Source: Anthoceros angustus
Taxonomy: Eukaryota > Plantae > Anthocerotophyta
DNA length: 64,000 bases
NCBI GenBank assembly: GCA_010909165.1
Contig: MU008151.1
Span: 930,001 to 994,000 of the forward strand
Direction: 5' to 3'
A model generated the notes under the pieces. The model had not been told where the DNA came from and ran no database searches. It saw only the letters and a list, made by a program, of their open reading frames with translations. Positions 24,790 to 38,534 of the stretch are shown here, one piece after another (position 1 is the first letter of the stretch; each line of letters opens with the position of its first letter). The translations under genes and the position numbers were made by a program.

Positions 24790-27480
24790 AAAGAGGTCAA
24801 ATCTATATACAAAAACCAAATCATAACCCAAAAAAGGTGCACATGGCATGTATGTATGCATGATGCATGGTTGCAATCGGATGCACGTGAACATGTCTAC
24901 CTAGATCTTGTGTCATAGCGCAATCCATCTATCCGCATCGCATGTATATATGGCATACTATGACACATATATAGGTCATCGATCTACATAGAAAAACCTA
25001 AACACCATAACCCAAAAGGTCCACACATGCACATGGTATGTATGCATGATGCATGGTTGCAATCGGATGCACGTGAACATGTCTACCTAGATCTTGTGTC
25101 ATAGCAATCCATCTATCCGCATCGTCATGTATATATACTATGACACATATATAGGTCATCGATCTACATAGAAAAACCTAAACACCATAACCCAAGGAAA
25201 AGGTCCATGACATGCACATGGTATGTATGCATGATGCATGGTTGCAATCGGATGCACGTGAACATGTCTACCTAGATGCCGTGGTCATAGCGCAATCCAT
25301 CTATCTCGCATCGCATGTATATATGGCACGATTATGACACATATATAGGTCATCGATCTACATAAAAAACCTAAACACCATAACCCAAGGAAAAGCGCAC
25401 GTTGTTAAGTGCATACATATCATTTGTTCAAGGCCAAGGACAAGTATGATAATAAATAAACCCAAAGTTTCGACATTCGGTGTGAGGTGGCACGTGATTC
25501 AACCTGCTTCCTTGGGCTTCGACACGCTACCGTGAACATGTCTATATATGTGGCTTCCTACCCAATCATAATTCGATTGTAGAAGTTTGTCGCATGGAAA
25601 GGCATCCATACTTGCCCCGCAGAGGTGGGTCAAGTAGACAAGGTCTTGTCTTCTTTCTCTCTTATGTCTTGTGGGATCCGCATTTTCCGGGAGCCTCGGT
25701 CCAACCCTTGCTGACGTGTTTCCTTGGTCTTCGACTTTAGCGAACATGTTGTCATACCACTTGCCATATGCCATGTGATTTGAGGGGTGCATGTGATGAG
25801 GCTGTATTGAATGTATGGCATGCACATGGTGTGTATGCATGAAGTATGGTTGGCATGTGTGCGTGAACATGCCTAGGTAGATGTTGTGTCATGCCACAAT
25901 GAATCCATGTGCATCGTGATGCATGTGTACTATGACACATATATAGGGTTGCGAACACATATATACATACATGAACAACATAACCCAATGAAAAGGGCGA
26001 GTACGTTGCATCGCATACATATCATTTGTTCAAGGCCAAGGACAAGTAGGTTTTAAATAGACCTATAGTGCCAAAGAAGTGAGAGGTGGCACGTGATTAA
26101 CCTGCTTCCTTGGTCTTGACATACGTACGAAACATGTCTATATATGTGGCTTCCTACCCATTCATTATTCGATTGTAGAAGTTTGTCCGCATGGAAAGGC
26201 ATCCATACTTCGCCATGCACTGGCTTCTTTCTCTCTTGACCTTTGGGATCTAGTGGGAGCGTTAGGCAACCAACTTGATCCCGCCTCGGTCAAATGCATT
26301 GCGCTTGCCTTGGTCTTGGACATAAGGGACCATTGTTCATGTGTTCATATACGAATATGCACCTCCTTCATTATTGTCATTGTCATTCGAGGAGGGAGCC
26401 GGAGGCGTGCCCCGCAACGTCATCCTCAACGCAAGTGCATTGTGTTCTATGGCGTCGCTGTCCAATTGCACATTCAACCTCGTCGCTTGCACATTCAACT
26501 GCAATTGCCTTTTTCGCATGCTATGCATTTCACCAATGTAAGGCATTGTATGCAGAAATTTCGCGCTTTAGGCATTTTGGTCTGTGGTCTTCTTTCTCTC
26601 TTATGTCTTGTGGGATCCGCATTTTCCGGTGGGAGCCTCGGTCCAACCCTTCGTGACGTGTTTCCTTGGTCTTCGACTTTAGCGAACATGTTGTCATACC
26701 ACTTGCCATATGCCATGTGATTTGGTAGGGGTGCATGTGATGAGGCTGCATTGAATGTATGGCATGCACATGGTGTGCATGAAGTATGGTTGGCATGTTG
26801 TGTATGTGAACATGCCTAGGTAGATGTTGTGTCATGCCACAATGAATCCATGTGCATCGTGATGCATGTGACGGTACCATAAGGATATATGGGTTGCGAT
26901 ACATATATCGAATACATGAACAACATAACCCAATGAAAAGGGCGAGTACGTTGTTAAGTGCATACATATCATTTGTTCAAGGCCAAGGACAAGTAGGTTT
27001 TAAATAGACCTATAGTGCCTACCAGTGAGAGGTGGCACGTGATTAACCTGCTTCCTTGGTCTTGACATGCATACCTAAACATGTCTATATATGTGGCTTC
27101 CTACCCATTCATTATTGTAGAAGTTTGTGCATGGAAAGGCATCCATACTTGACCATGCACCGCTTCTTTCTCTCTTGACCTTTGGGATCTAGTGGGAGCG
27201 TTAGGCAACCAACTTGATCGGCCACCTCGGTCAAATGCATTGCGATTGCCTTGGTCTTGGACATAAGGGACCATTGTTCATGTGTTCATATAACGAATAT
27301 GCACCCTCCTTCATTATTGTCATTGTCATTCGAGGAGGGCTGGGAGGCGCCGCGTCATCCTCGTTTGAGCGTGCATTGTGTTCTATGGCGTCGTCATTTT
27401 CAAATCTGCATTCAACCTCATTCATTCAACCTGCATTGCCTTTTTACGCTATGCATTTCACCAATGTAAGGCATTGTATG
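24790..27480. repeat. AT-rich repeat array: ~185-bp tandem units (24790-25400), then a ~950-bp duplication built from related motifs
   Basis: GGTTGCAATCGGATGCACGTGAACATGTCTACCTAGAT recurs at ~185-bp spacing. CATACATATCATTTGTTCAAGGCCAAGGACAAGTA occurs at ~25411, ~26014 and ~26961. Confidence 0.9.
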
Positions 27481-30400
27481 CATGAAATTCTGGCGGTTTA
27501 GGCATTGTTGGTTCGGTCGGCATTTTCGCTTTTGGTTTGTTGGGTGGGTTGGGGCTGGTTGGGGCGGTTGGGTTGGGGCGGGTTGGGGCGGGTTGGGGCT
27601 GGTTGGTGGTGGGGCCGGGCCGCGGGTGGGGCATGCCGTGCGGGCTCACGCCGCTTGCAGTCAGCCCTCCGTGCGGGCCGCGCGGGGCGCGGTGGCTCGC
27701 CCGCGACGTCCGTGGAGCGGGCCGTAAGGGCGGAGGACCGGGATGGGGTCGGGATGTGGGAGTGACCAGACAAATCTCCGAGCCATGAGGCTGGAAGGGC
27801 CAAGGCAACCATGCCATCGAAAATGTGAAGTGCGATGGTCGCGTTGCCAATATGGGCCATGGTCACGGATTTTATGGCAAGCAATATGGGATGGACTTCA
27901 TGAGCGCTGATCGCAGAATATGGCGGACTACGGAAATATTAATGCATAGCCATGGTGCATAGAATATGGCATGCCTCACGAGGCATATGTCCAGATGCGT
28001 GGCAGCGGGCACAACAACGCTGCTCGCCTTTCGCAAAACGCACCATTGGTCGATGAACGCACACGATGAGAATTGCATTTGAATAAGCGGCACAATGAAT
28101 TGCTTCACAAGGTATTGTGCGTCCGGACACCAATGCTCGAGGCGGCAGTTGATAGCGCATCATGTGCACTTCCCCACCCAATAGTTTATTCCGAACATAT
28201 CGGACCCAATATGTTAGTCGACACGCGACAGATCTTCGTGTGACGCGAAGGAACCATGATCACCGGGACCAACCGGCATGTTTGGCACGGCGCCGAAGTC
28301 AAACGCCGGCGACCACTATGTCATGTCCACCGCAACCAAAGTGAGAGTGGTGCGAGCGCAACGCGATGAGGGTGTTGAGTGGCCGGCGATGCATCCACCG
28401 CAAGATGGGGCGGCGCGTTGCAACTGTGGAGAGTTTGTGCCACATAGCCGCAATGCGCAGCACGCATATCGTGAGCCAAAACTACCGCAAGCGCACGCCT
28501 CCCATAATCAACTCGCATGCCGCGCCGTGATTATGTCGGGCCACGGAGAATATGGACAATGATTTCAGCTTGGTCAACCCACTCACTCAACGCCCGCGCA
28601 ATGCTTGGTGCATCACCGCCATCGATCTCCTTCCACAAGCGCTCTCGTCCCACACATCGAGGCGCCCGCACATCTACTGGCGCGGTATCGCAGGTGCCGG
28701 ATCTTCCACATGCACTATGGCGCTAAGACAACGTGAGCACAGACCTCTCAACCAACAGGGCAGAAGAAATTGTGGGCACATCTACGCACGGCAGAAGACC
28801 GAATGCGCGCGAATATGCGGATGGAGGTCATGATCCGCCTCCGATGGATGCGCGCCGGCCGCACCGCCATCGCAGCCGCCCTCGGAGCCGGGCGCGTACG
28901 CCGGCGCGACGACCTTTCACGGCGGCCGATGCCCAATATCGGCGCCATGAGCCTCGCCACGCCCAAGCCGCCATCGTTGACCGCCGGAGGTTCAACGTGG
29001 CGTCAGTGGCCCTTCCACATATGGCGAGAATGGGTGGGGATCATCACGCCACGCCCGCCACCGGTGGGAGGATGGAGGCGGCGCGAGGAGCGCCTCCCGC
29101 GCCGTTGGGACAATCCCATTCACGCATGAATCACGGCTGGGTATAGGCCCGGAAGAAGCAAAAGAGCGCGCGCACGTGATGGCGGAGGCGGGCGTTGGCT
29201 CACGTGCTCGGGTACAAGTACGCGGACAAGGCTTTCCCAAGGTCGACTTGGGAGATGGAGAAGGCGGCGAGTTGTCTTCGTGTCCGCCGACCACGCAGTG
29301 GAGCTAACGGTGCTGTGCATGCCGGGGGCGACGACACCAACGCTGCCGGGGTACGGTGTGCAGCCATTGTTGATGCGCGAGGCTCTATTCGACAAGCCCG
29401 CCGGCACCGGCCGCCAGGTCCGTGATGCCGGTTGCGCCGCACACACAAGTCCGGTATCCAGCGATATTCGTCTAATTTCCCGGCAACAAAACAGAGTGCC
29501 GACAGCCGATGCAAAATGCTGTACATCCGGGACGTGGCGCAATTTACACCTGCACGGAGGTGGGCAGCGAGCGCGGCGCCTGAGGTTTACGATTCGCCGG
29601 AGGAGGAAGAAGTGGATGTCACCGGGATGGAGAGCGGGCGTGGCGCGGTCGGGGGCGCGCCTGAGGGAGAGTTCAACAACGCCGATCGTCCGCATCCCCG
29701 ACCTTGAGGCACCCGCATCCCACCCGCCGACCTCGGACATGTGGGAGGAGGCACAATTTCCTCTCCCTCAAGGCTAACGCAGCGCGCCAGGGCCGCGGTA
29801 GGGCCTGCCCGCACGAGGCGGGCGCAGAAGTCCCGCGGCGGACGGGGCGGCACGCCTGCTCATGGAAGCGCCTCGGAGCGGAAGAGGCTCAACGCATGGC
29901 AACGGACCTTCTTAGTTGTGGAAGAGCTCCGCACACCACCGCAGTGGAAGGAAGGCGCTGCGGCGCGGGTGAACCGGCAGCCATCGCGAGGAGCTTCTTT
30001 TCTTCAAATTTTGGGTCACTTGCGGAGAAGGCGGAATGGCGATCGCGAAACCGATGCGGCGGCCGCTGCAAGGCTGCAACATCTTGTGGAGACAGCGCAG
30101 TAACGAACTCGGAAGGGGGCTCGCCGCATCCGATGGTCAAGGCATGGACGGGCTGGAAATGTTCGACATCGCCACCATCCGGGGTTCTTCGCACGCAGGC
30201 CTCGCCGGGCTGGTCCGCCTCGAGGACATGGACGACACTAGACCTTCGATCCATGACGGCGAAGAGTTGCGAACGCGAATAGCACCAACTTGAGGTTCGC
30301 GATGGATGAGGAGGAGATGCTCGATCGCACCGCAGCCCACCGCAGTGGGTCGCCCAGCGCAGGAGAGGCGGAAAAGAACGGCGCAGACGCGGCTATGGCA

Positions 30401-31279
30401 TTCCGCGCGAGGAGCGACGATGCGACACACGCCGCGATGCATGGCTTTGTGACCGAGAAGGCTCGTATGCCGTCCGAACGGAGCAGGAGCGGCGATTCGA
30501 GGACATCCTAACCCTCCGGTGAGCGAGATGCCATTATTTGCATGGTGCCTCGATGGGGTTTGAACGACGCGCGTGGTGATTGCGGTTGAGGCGGGCATGG
30601 AGTGCCAACAACTGCTCGACAATCGACGGCCGAGGGGGACCTTTCCCACCGCTTAGAGTGCGATCGCACTGTGCATGGGGTGATGATGTAGTCCACGAGG
30701 TTGGAAGGACGCAGTGCCCACGCGACGGTGCATCGAGGCCTCGAAGTACTCGAGTCATTTGTGGACGGCGTGTTCGAACGCAACGCAACGCCGCCACATT
30801 ACCACATCACCATGGAGTGCATCCGACCTGCCGCATGGTAAGATATTTGGGCTCAATTGATGCAAAATGTGCAGTGCCGACGACGGCAGATGCCTCCTCA
30901 GGCAGTGCCATGTTCTTCGCCACCGATGTCACTGCAAAATGGCATTGAGGTGAGTCGTCCCATGACATTTGCCACACTCACGACGCACTAGGGAGCCAAA
31001 AGGATGGCGTGCACAAGGAGTGGAAGGATGCGGGCACGAGAGGACGTTGAAGAGGGCTTTTAAGAGGCGGATATGTTGACAAGCCACCCACATGGCCATC
31101 CTCCAAGAATCAAACGGGGCTCAGTAGAAAGAGGAGCAGCAGTGCGATTTCATCGCTGGTCCGATGGCGCATGTGCTCCGGATTTTTCAAGCATGTGGCC
31201 GACCAAGCCCTCGCATGTCCCGGGGCGGTGGCGCGATTCGGAAGAAGGTGCGGGACCTTTTATTCACCGAGTGCCCGTG

Positions 31280-31995
31280 ACATGTGGGTGGGAGAGGGTT
31301 CCGGCATGTGGTGCACTGGACAAGAGGGCCATGTTGGAGTGTCTAGGGAGTGCACGCTTGAGAGTGTCACCAAGTTCTTCACGCCACGCATGGATGCGGC
31401 GAGCCGTTCTGGCGGAGTGAGATTCGAGGCTTTGCCGCAGCTTTAGAGAAATGTTCGTGAAATCGCCGAGAGATGTCATTCGGCGATAGAGCGCTACTGC
31501 TCACCTTCATCACCGATGAGTTTACTTCTGGCAAGCCAATGGTGGTCGAGCAAGTTCCTCCTTTGGGCACCGCCTCGCGAGGACGTGCTCGCACTCTCGC
31601 CCCGCCTATGTCTCAAGCTCGTGATGGCGGGTGGGTGGGAGAGGGTTCCGGCATGTGGTGCACACTGGACAAGAGGGCCATGTTGGAGTGTCTAGGGAGT
31701 GCACGTTTGAGAGTGTCACCAAGTTCTTCACTGCCACGCATGGATGCGGCGAGCCGTTCTGGCGGAGTGAGATTCGAGGCGTGCTTGCCGCAGTTTAGAG
31801 AAATGTTCTGTGAAATCGTCAAAGAGATGTCATTCGGCGATAGAGCGCGCCTGTTCACCTTCATCACGGACAGAGTTTACTTCTCGGAAGCAGTGCCAAT
31901 GGTGGTCAGGCAAGTTCCCCTCCGGGCATTTGGGCGGTGCCTCGAGAGGAGGCGTGCTCGCACTCTCGCTCCCGCTATGTCTCGAAGCTCGTGAT
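31280..31995. repeat. ~350-bp tandem duplication
   Basis: GGGTGGGAGAGGGTTCCGGCATGTGGTGCAC at ~31286 and ~31633, with collinear downstream sequence. Confidence 0.9.
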
Positions 31996-33299
31996 GGCCA
32001 CGCGGGTGACAGAAGCCATCCGCATGAACTCCGTGTATGGGAACGCTTGAAAGGCCGGCCTCGAGTCGGACTGCGTTTCATTAGAGACGCAAGTGGTTTT
32101 CGGTTGTGTTTGTCGCCCCGCACAAGAGGGCACTAATGTGAAGAGACTTTGAGCCCGTCCGCACTCACTTTGCTTGGCACGGACAAATGGAAAATCGCAC
32201 CCATGTGAACAGAGCCGCCTCGACGTGAATTGCTTTCCGTCACCAATTGAGAATGGATGTAAACAAGGTCGGGCAATAATACGGAAACCGTAGGGTTGGC
32301 GGTGGCATTTCGCGGGCGGTCGAATGGCGGGGAACTAAGTGCACCCGCGAGGTTCCAATCGGCCGCGCCCGACAATCACATTGGGAAATGGAAAGAGGTG
32401 CAGTGAGGTTTTGAGGCGGAAGGTCTTCCAGTGGAGCGTGCACCGGTACGCATGGCGATCGCGAGGGTGGTGCAACACGCCGAGCAAGGTTGTTGTCATT
32501 GCGACAATCCGAGGGTGGACAGCTCAAAGTTTTTGACATGCGAGAGCGCGACGTCACTGAAGAAGACAATCGCAGAAGTGTGCGGCGTGGAAGTGCGGTC
32601 GGTGCGTTCGTCGGTGCTCCTCGGCGATGAGACAGCGAGGTATGGGCCATCGATTCCGTGCCGCCGTGAGGTGCCGGGCATGACGCCGAGGAGTTTGACC
32701 GCGTGGAAGACGGGATGCGGCGATCTCGCGGATGCGGAGGGAAGGCGCTTTGGTGCATCATCGATGGTGAGCCCACTCGCACGCACACCATCCGTCTGCG
32801 CTGCCTTATGCGGTGGGAGGAAGGTCCTTCAATGTGCGGTGGAGGGGCGGCGAGACCGGGAGAGCGAGAGGCGCAGGAATGGCCTCCAAAGGGAGGTGCA
32901 TTTTGATTGTGCCGCAATCACCGGAGGCATAGCGTGAACTTGCCTGGGTGGGCCGGCTCATAATAGCAATGGCCGCGATCGCGAGTGGAAGAGTGGTTGT
33001 GGAATGGCGGTAGGAAGGGGCGGACTGCCGCAGTTGAATTGTAATCGGTCCAAAGCCTCCGAATAATTTGCACCGTAGTGGTCGGTCCAAAGCACAACGA
33101 CTTGGTGTTTCGTTTTCATGTCTTTGTATCATGTCAAAATTAGTCTCCTTGGCCCAATGACGAAAACAACATCGCCAGCCATTCGGCCGAGACTAGTACA
33201 TGACATGATATTTTCCGTTGACGCCCAAAGGCCAAGGACTAAAATGTACTCGGATTGACGAATGGTCCGAATGTAAGGTCCGATTCATGTGTAGGAAGA

Positions 33300-34900
33300 A
33301 AATCCATTTCCCAACTACACGGTACTTGCCTATCCTCGCCTATATAAGACAAGGCCTTCCCTTTGGACCATCCCGACTGGCCATGAAAGGGAAAATACTC
33401 ATTGGCCTTTGGAGCTTACATTGGCAATGAAGGGAACAAAACTCCTTGGCCTTTGCACCAATATGTCAATCAATGAATGGAAGGAAGACCTTGGCCTTTG
33501 GACCAAACCGAGAATCACCAAATGAAACGAAGTACCTATGCGACCATTGCGACCGCTTAGCTGTGAGCATTGCGGCTGCATAGGTGCGCCCATTGCGACA
33601 GCACAGCTGCGAACTGACGCTCCCACTAGACAATGCGGTTCCCAAAGGTGAGAAGAGGGGAAAAAGAGAAAAAGAAGGGACGAAGTATGGCTGCCTATCC
33701 TTTATGACAAACATGTACAATCGAAGAATCATAGGTTGGGTAGCCCACATATAGGCAAAACCACCGGGACTCTCGATGAAGCACCACCGCACTGATGGTA
33801 GGCACTATGATCTATTTAGAGTCCTACTTCTCCTTGGCCTTTGAACAAATGATATTTATGCGCTTAACAACCTACTAGCCCTTTTCCTTGGTTTATGATT
33901 TTCAGGTATTTTCTATATAGGTGCGTGACCTATATATGTGTCGAGTAATGCCTTACAAACATCGCGATGCACATAGGTTGATTGTGCCATGACACAACAT
34001 CTAGGTAGACATGTTCACATACACCACATGACGTGGTCCAAAGGCCGGGGCCAAGGACGTTTCTTCCTATATATAGGCGGTAGGGATAGGCAAGAAGTAG
34101 TTGGTAGTCCATGGTTGGGTAGCCCATATATAAAAAACCGGAACTGATGGAGTGCCACCTCACACGATGGTAGGCGTTAGGTATATTTGTAATCCCACTT
34201 GTCCTTGGCCTTCGAACAATTGATATTCATGCAATCAAGAACGACGCCCTTTTCCTTGGGTTATGGTGTTTACGTAGTTTGAATATAGATGCGCCGACCT
34301 ATATATGTGTCATAGTACCAGCGAACATGCATCACGATGCACATAGATGGAAAAGGTGCCATGAGAGCATCTAGGTATACATGTTCACATACTTCACATG
34401 TCAACCATCCATCCCGCATGCATGCATACCATGTGCTTTCCATGTGCACATTTTCCTTGGGTTTTGATTTTTAGGTCTTTTCTATATAGATTCGCTGACG
34501 ATGTATGCCGAGTACCGCGTCAACATATATCACGATGCACATGCACATGGTATGTATGCATGATGCCCGTTGATGTGATGCATGTGACCATGTCTACGTA
34601 GATCTGTCGTGGGCACCTTTTCCTTGGGTTTTGATTTTATGTCTTCTATATACGCACGTGACCTTTATATGTGGCATGGTACCCTTCCCGACATGCATGA
34701 CGGTGCACATACATGGATTGTGCCATGGCACAAAGATCTAGGTACAAATGTTCGATGCATCACATGACAACCAGCCATCATGCATACATACCATGTGGAT
34801 GCCATCCATAGGCAATGCACATGTGACATTGGTCCAAATGCGAAGGACTTTTCTTCCTATTTATAGGCAAGGCAGGAAAGGCAAGTACCGCGGTAGATGC
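33300..34900. repeat. AT-rich repeat array, inverted relative to 24790-27480
   Basis: CTTTTCCTTGGGTTATGGTGTTT, CTAGGTAGACATGTTCAC and CCTTGGCCTTTGAACAAATGATAT are reverse complements of motifs in the 24.8-27.5 kb array. Confidence 0.85.
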
Positions 34901-36399
34901 CATGGATAGATGGCGGGAACACATCGGAAAAGGCCGGAAGTGGTAGGTTGACTAGCGGTCAACGATCGTCCGGACTCAAGCAAGCCGTAAGTACGCTTAG
35001 AAGGTTGGAGCTAGCGCTGGAAGCAGCGGTGGCAACATCGCCATGCAACTGGTGTGGTGTTGGAAGCCCGAATAAATGCGGCGGTTAGCGGCGGCCAAAG
35101 CAATGCGCTGGTGGCAAAGTGATGCATTAGGGGTGCCAAATGCCGGTGAAATCTGAGACAACGGCTTTCTTGATTTGCGCAAGTTAAAGCAGCTCTTCAC
35201 CAAGAACTCCAAGTGCCACTTTTCAAAGTGGAAGCTCACGAGCATAGGCGTTTTGCGATATGGGCGGCGGCGGCGGGCGGCGGCGAGGTGGAAGACATGG
35301 AGGTGGAAGACATGGAGCTCGACACACCCATGTCGGGCGCCGCCGGGACGGAGGAGGAGGCGACCGGAAGGCATGGCGGTGGCGGCGAGGTCCGGAGTGG
35401 TCTGCCCGGGCGGCGACGATGAGGAAATGGCCGGGCGCAAGCGGCGGCACCGCTCGCCCGATACCAGCGGCCAGAAAGGTGCGCGGAGGCGGTGGCGGCG
35501 TGGAGGGCCGCAACACCGAGGGCCGCGCAGCAATGCTTGAAGATAGGCCCCACGGACGAGCATGCAGCAGCGGAGGGGCCGTCACGCGATGCAGAGGGCA
35601 TCCCGACGCCACGCCTGGTGGAGCCCTCCGCGCCTTCGTAGTCCAACGCAACAGCGTCTTCGCTTTGCCACAAAGGGTCACGCTGCGCGGATAATGGCTT
35701 CCGGTTTTCACCAAACCCGGAGGGCGAGGGTCTGCCCGGGCGAGGTCTGACGAGGGTGCTGAAGGCGACACCGAGGGTGCAGCAGGCCGGGTTACACCAG
35801 ATGCAGTTTTGCGGGCCGCAGAGCGGAGGATGACGGCTGGCAGCGCGCAGCCGACGTCACCGTGTGTGGGGTGGACGGATCAGCGCCAATGGGCCGCAGC
35901 GGAGGGTCTCGCCCGTACGCAGCTTCGCACCACTGCAGGATGGCTCGGCCGCGCAGCCGCCGGCGCAGCATCAGAGTCGTCAGTAGCCGAGTCACGATTC
36001 GCCTGCAGCCCACCAACGGCCGCAAGGCGAAGCCCAAGGATCGAATTCCATGTGGTTGCAAGGCGAGGCCGCAAACACAGGCGCATGAGGTGACCAAGCG
36101 CCTTTCTCGCGACGCGTACCCGGGGGGCGAGGAGGGAGGAGGGACGGAGGCGTGCGGAGATGAGAAAAGCGGGTGCCGGAAGGAGCCTGCGCGGGCGCCC
36201 GGTGAGAGTGGAGGAACGAACCGAGGAGGGAGAGGAGGCGCCACGGACGACGGCGAGACGTGACCGGCCGCGTAACGGCGAGGCGAGCGTGGAGTGCCAA
36301 ACTGGCGTCCGCATTTTGGCGGCTTGTTTTTTTTTCGGGTCACATCGCAGAGGGATAGGGAGGAGCCAATAAGGCCATTTTCGCCGGATTGCACTTACA

Positions 36400-37814
36400 G
36401 GTAACTTTGTGGACCTCGGCCGCCCGGCGAGGTCCGGCCTGAGTGGTCCGTCCGGGCGAGGTCCGACGGAGTGGTCCGTCCGGGCGAGGTCTGATGAGTG
36501 GTCTGCCCGGGCGAGGTCCGGCGAGGGTCTGCCCGGGCGAGGGTCTGGCTGAGGGTCTGCCCGGGCGAGGTCCGACGGAGTGGTCTGCCCGGGCGAGGGT
36601 CTGCCCGGGCGAGGTCCGTCGGGCGAGGGTCTGCCCGGGCGAGGTCTGGTCCGTCCGGGCGAGGTCCGGAGTGGTCCGTCCGGGCGAGGGTCTGCCCGGG
36701 CGAGGGTCTGCTCGCGGTTCGACGGAAAGTGGTCGCCCGGGCGAGGTCCGGAGGGTCTGCTCGAGAGGTTCGCGAGGGTCGAGTTCCGGCCAAGTCTCAC
36801 CGAGCGGTTCTACGCCAAGCGGGTGGTTTTAGCGGGCATCGCTGGCATGGATCTCTTGTCAAGGCACTGGTGCAAGAAGTCCTGTTGATGAGCTACGTCC
36901 CATGCCTACGACCCGGGGTTAGGATACATACATAGCGGGTTAGGATACATACATAGCGGGTTAGGTATGGGAGTATATAGGAAGGCTGGCGTCCGCCCAA
37001 GACTTGCATCCATCCTGCACTCTGGCCTGCTCTGCCTTCCGTGCTCGAGGAGGCGGAGTGAGTTCCCGTGCGTGATTAATTGGTGGTAGAGGGATGTGTT
37101 TAGAGCCGGGTGACGAGGCCCGCCAACACGCTTGATGGTGCACGGGTCGGCCTCGAGCTCGTGAGGTGCTTTCGTGATTTCTAAAAGGTGACTAACCTTG
37201 AGGTCACTGAACGGTCAGATGCAGTGCAAAGCTACTTCCAACGCCAAGCACCGTGAGGGATTAGGAGGCGCTTGGGCTAACTGGCTGCCATCCTGAGGTC
37301 ATTTACGGAGGTCGGATGCAGTCGGCCATCTCGTTGCAACGGGCGTGAGGGATTAGGAGGCGCTGGGCGATCGTCACTGGGCCATCCTTGGAGGCTGGAA
37401 CTGAGGTCACAGGCCGCAAAGCTACTTCCGCAACGCGGGGTTGGGCAAAGGTGGCCCGGTGGAATACATGTGTTGGTGTGTGACCACTAGCTGGAAATGG
37501 ATAAGGGAGAAGAGTCGGATTACGGTGTGTTGAGGTGGAGTGGAGTTATTGGAGGAGCGCCGGCCAGGCAGAGTACGTCGCGAACGCGTCGTTAAACCTG
37601 CTTAGTAATCGAGAAACCAAGCTGGCTAGGAAGGTCCCAGAATTACCGCCCGACGAGTTGTGGAGGGCACACACTTAGGGTTGTGGAGCCGCCGACCCAA
37701 CATGAAGTCCGCTCAGCGATAGTCAGAGCTCGAGCATTGGGCACGAGACCATTCCTTGGGAACCGGACTCTTCCTACAACGACACGGGATGCGGCGCTAC
37801 CGCCATCGGTCACA
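36400..37814 (+). mobile_element. Probable solo or remnant LTR of a family related to the Ty3/Gypsy element
   Basis: 3' end CATTCCTTGGGAACCGGACTCTTCCTACAACGACACGG matches the ends of both LTRs. Contains an internal GTCTGCCCGGGCGAGG tandem array (36420-36760) and a TATA-like GTATATAG; the 5' boundary is uncertain. Confidence 0.55.
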
Positions 37815-38534
37815 CGGCCGAGGAGGCCAATGGACAACAATCTAAGACTAGTGAACACGCACAACCGCCGCGGATCGCAATGTGTTTGACAACGCTGGTG
37901 GGTTCGGGCTGTCATTGTCATGCCTCGTAATGCAAGGCGAACTTTGCCATGCCTCTGCACTCATGAAGGAGTTGGGTTTGCGGCGTGGACGGGCGGACGG
38001 ACCAGTGCCCTACAGGTCATCTACGTTTAAAATGGAACTTCGCACATCCGCTATCCTGAGCGTGGAGCGCCGGCCAAGATCGAACCAGACCGCGCCAAGG
38101 CCGCTGAGCGATGAGGCGCAGCCGAGAAGAGCTGGCCGAGCTCATCGCTGAGCTCGAGGCGCCGGGCACCCTAAGAGGAAGAGGGTGCCAACAGAGGCGA
38201 CTAGCAGCAAGGGCGGGCGGGGCCAAGATGCAAGGGCGAGAGTGCCGAGGGGGCTAACCGGCAGTACCGAGAGGCGTGAATGGGGCGACCACTGGGAGGG
38301 GCCACCGCCCAAGGCCGCAACAAGGTGGGGCATCCACCCAATGGAGCTCCGAGTATGGTAGCAAGTCCAATGCGCATCGACGCCATGACGGGCGCCATCG
38401 CCTCCTTCTTGAAGTGGTGGAGAAGGTGCGCAACTCGTGGTCCACCGCACATACCAGGGAGGGACGTGATCACCTAATCGCGACAACGCAGCCTGCTAGA
38501 ATGTTATCGCGGCTCATGTAATACATGAACGCAC

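Noticed and set aside
24790-25400. Regularly spaced repeats resembling a CRISPR array
   Set aside because: Whole units repeat with no unique spacers, there are no cas genes and the context is eukaryotic.
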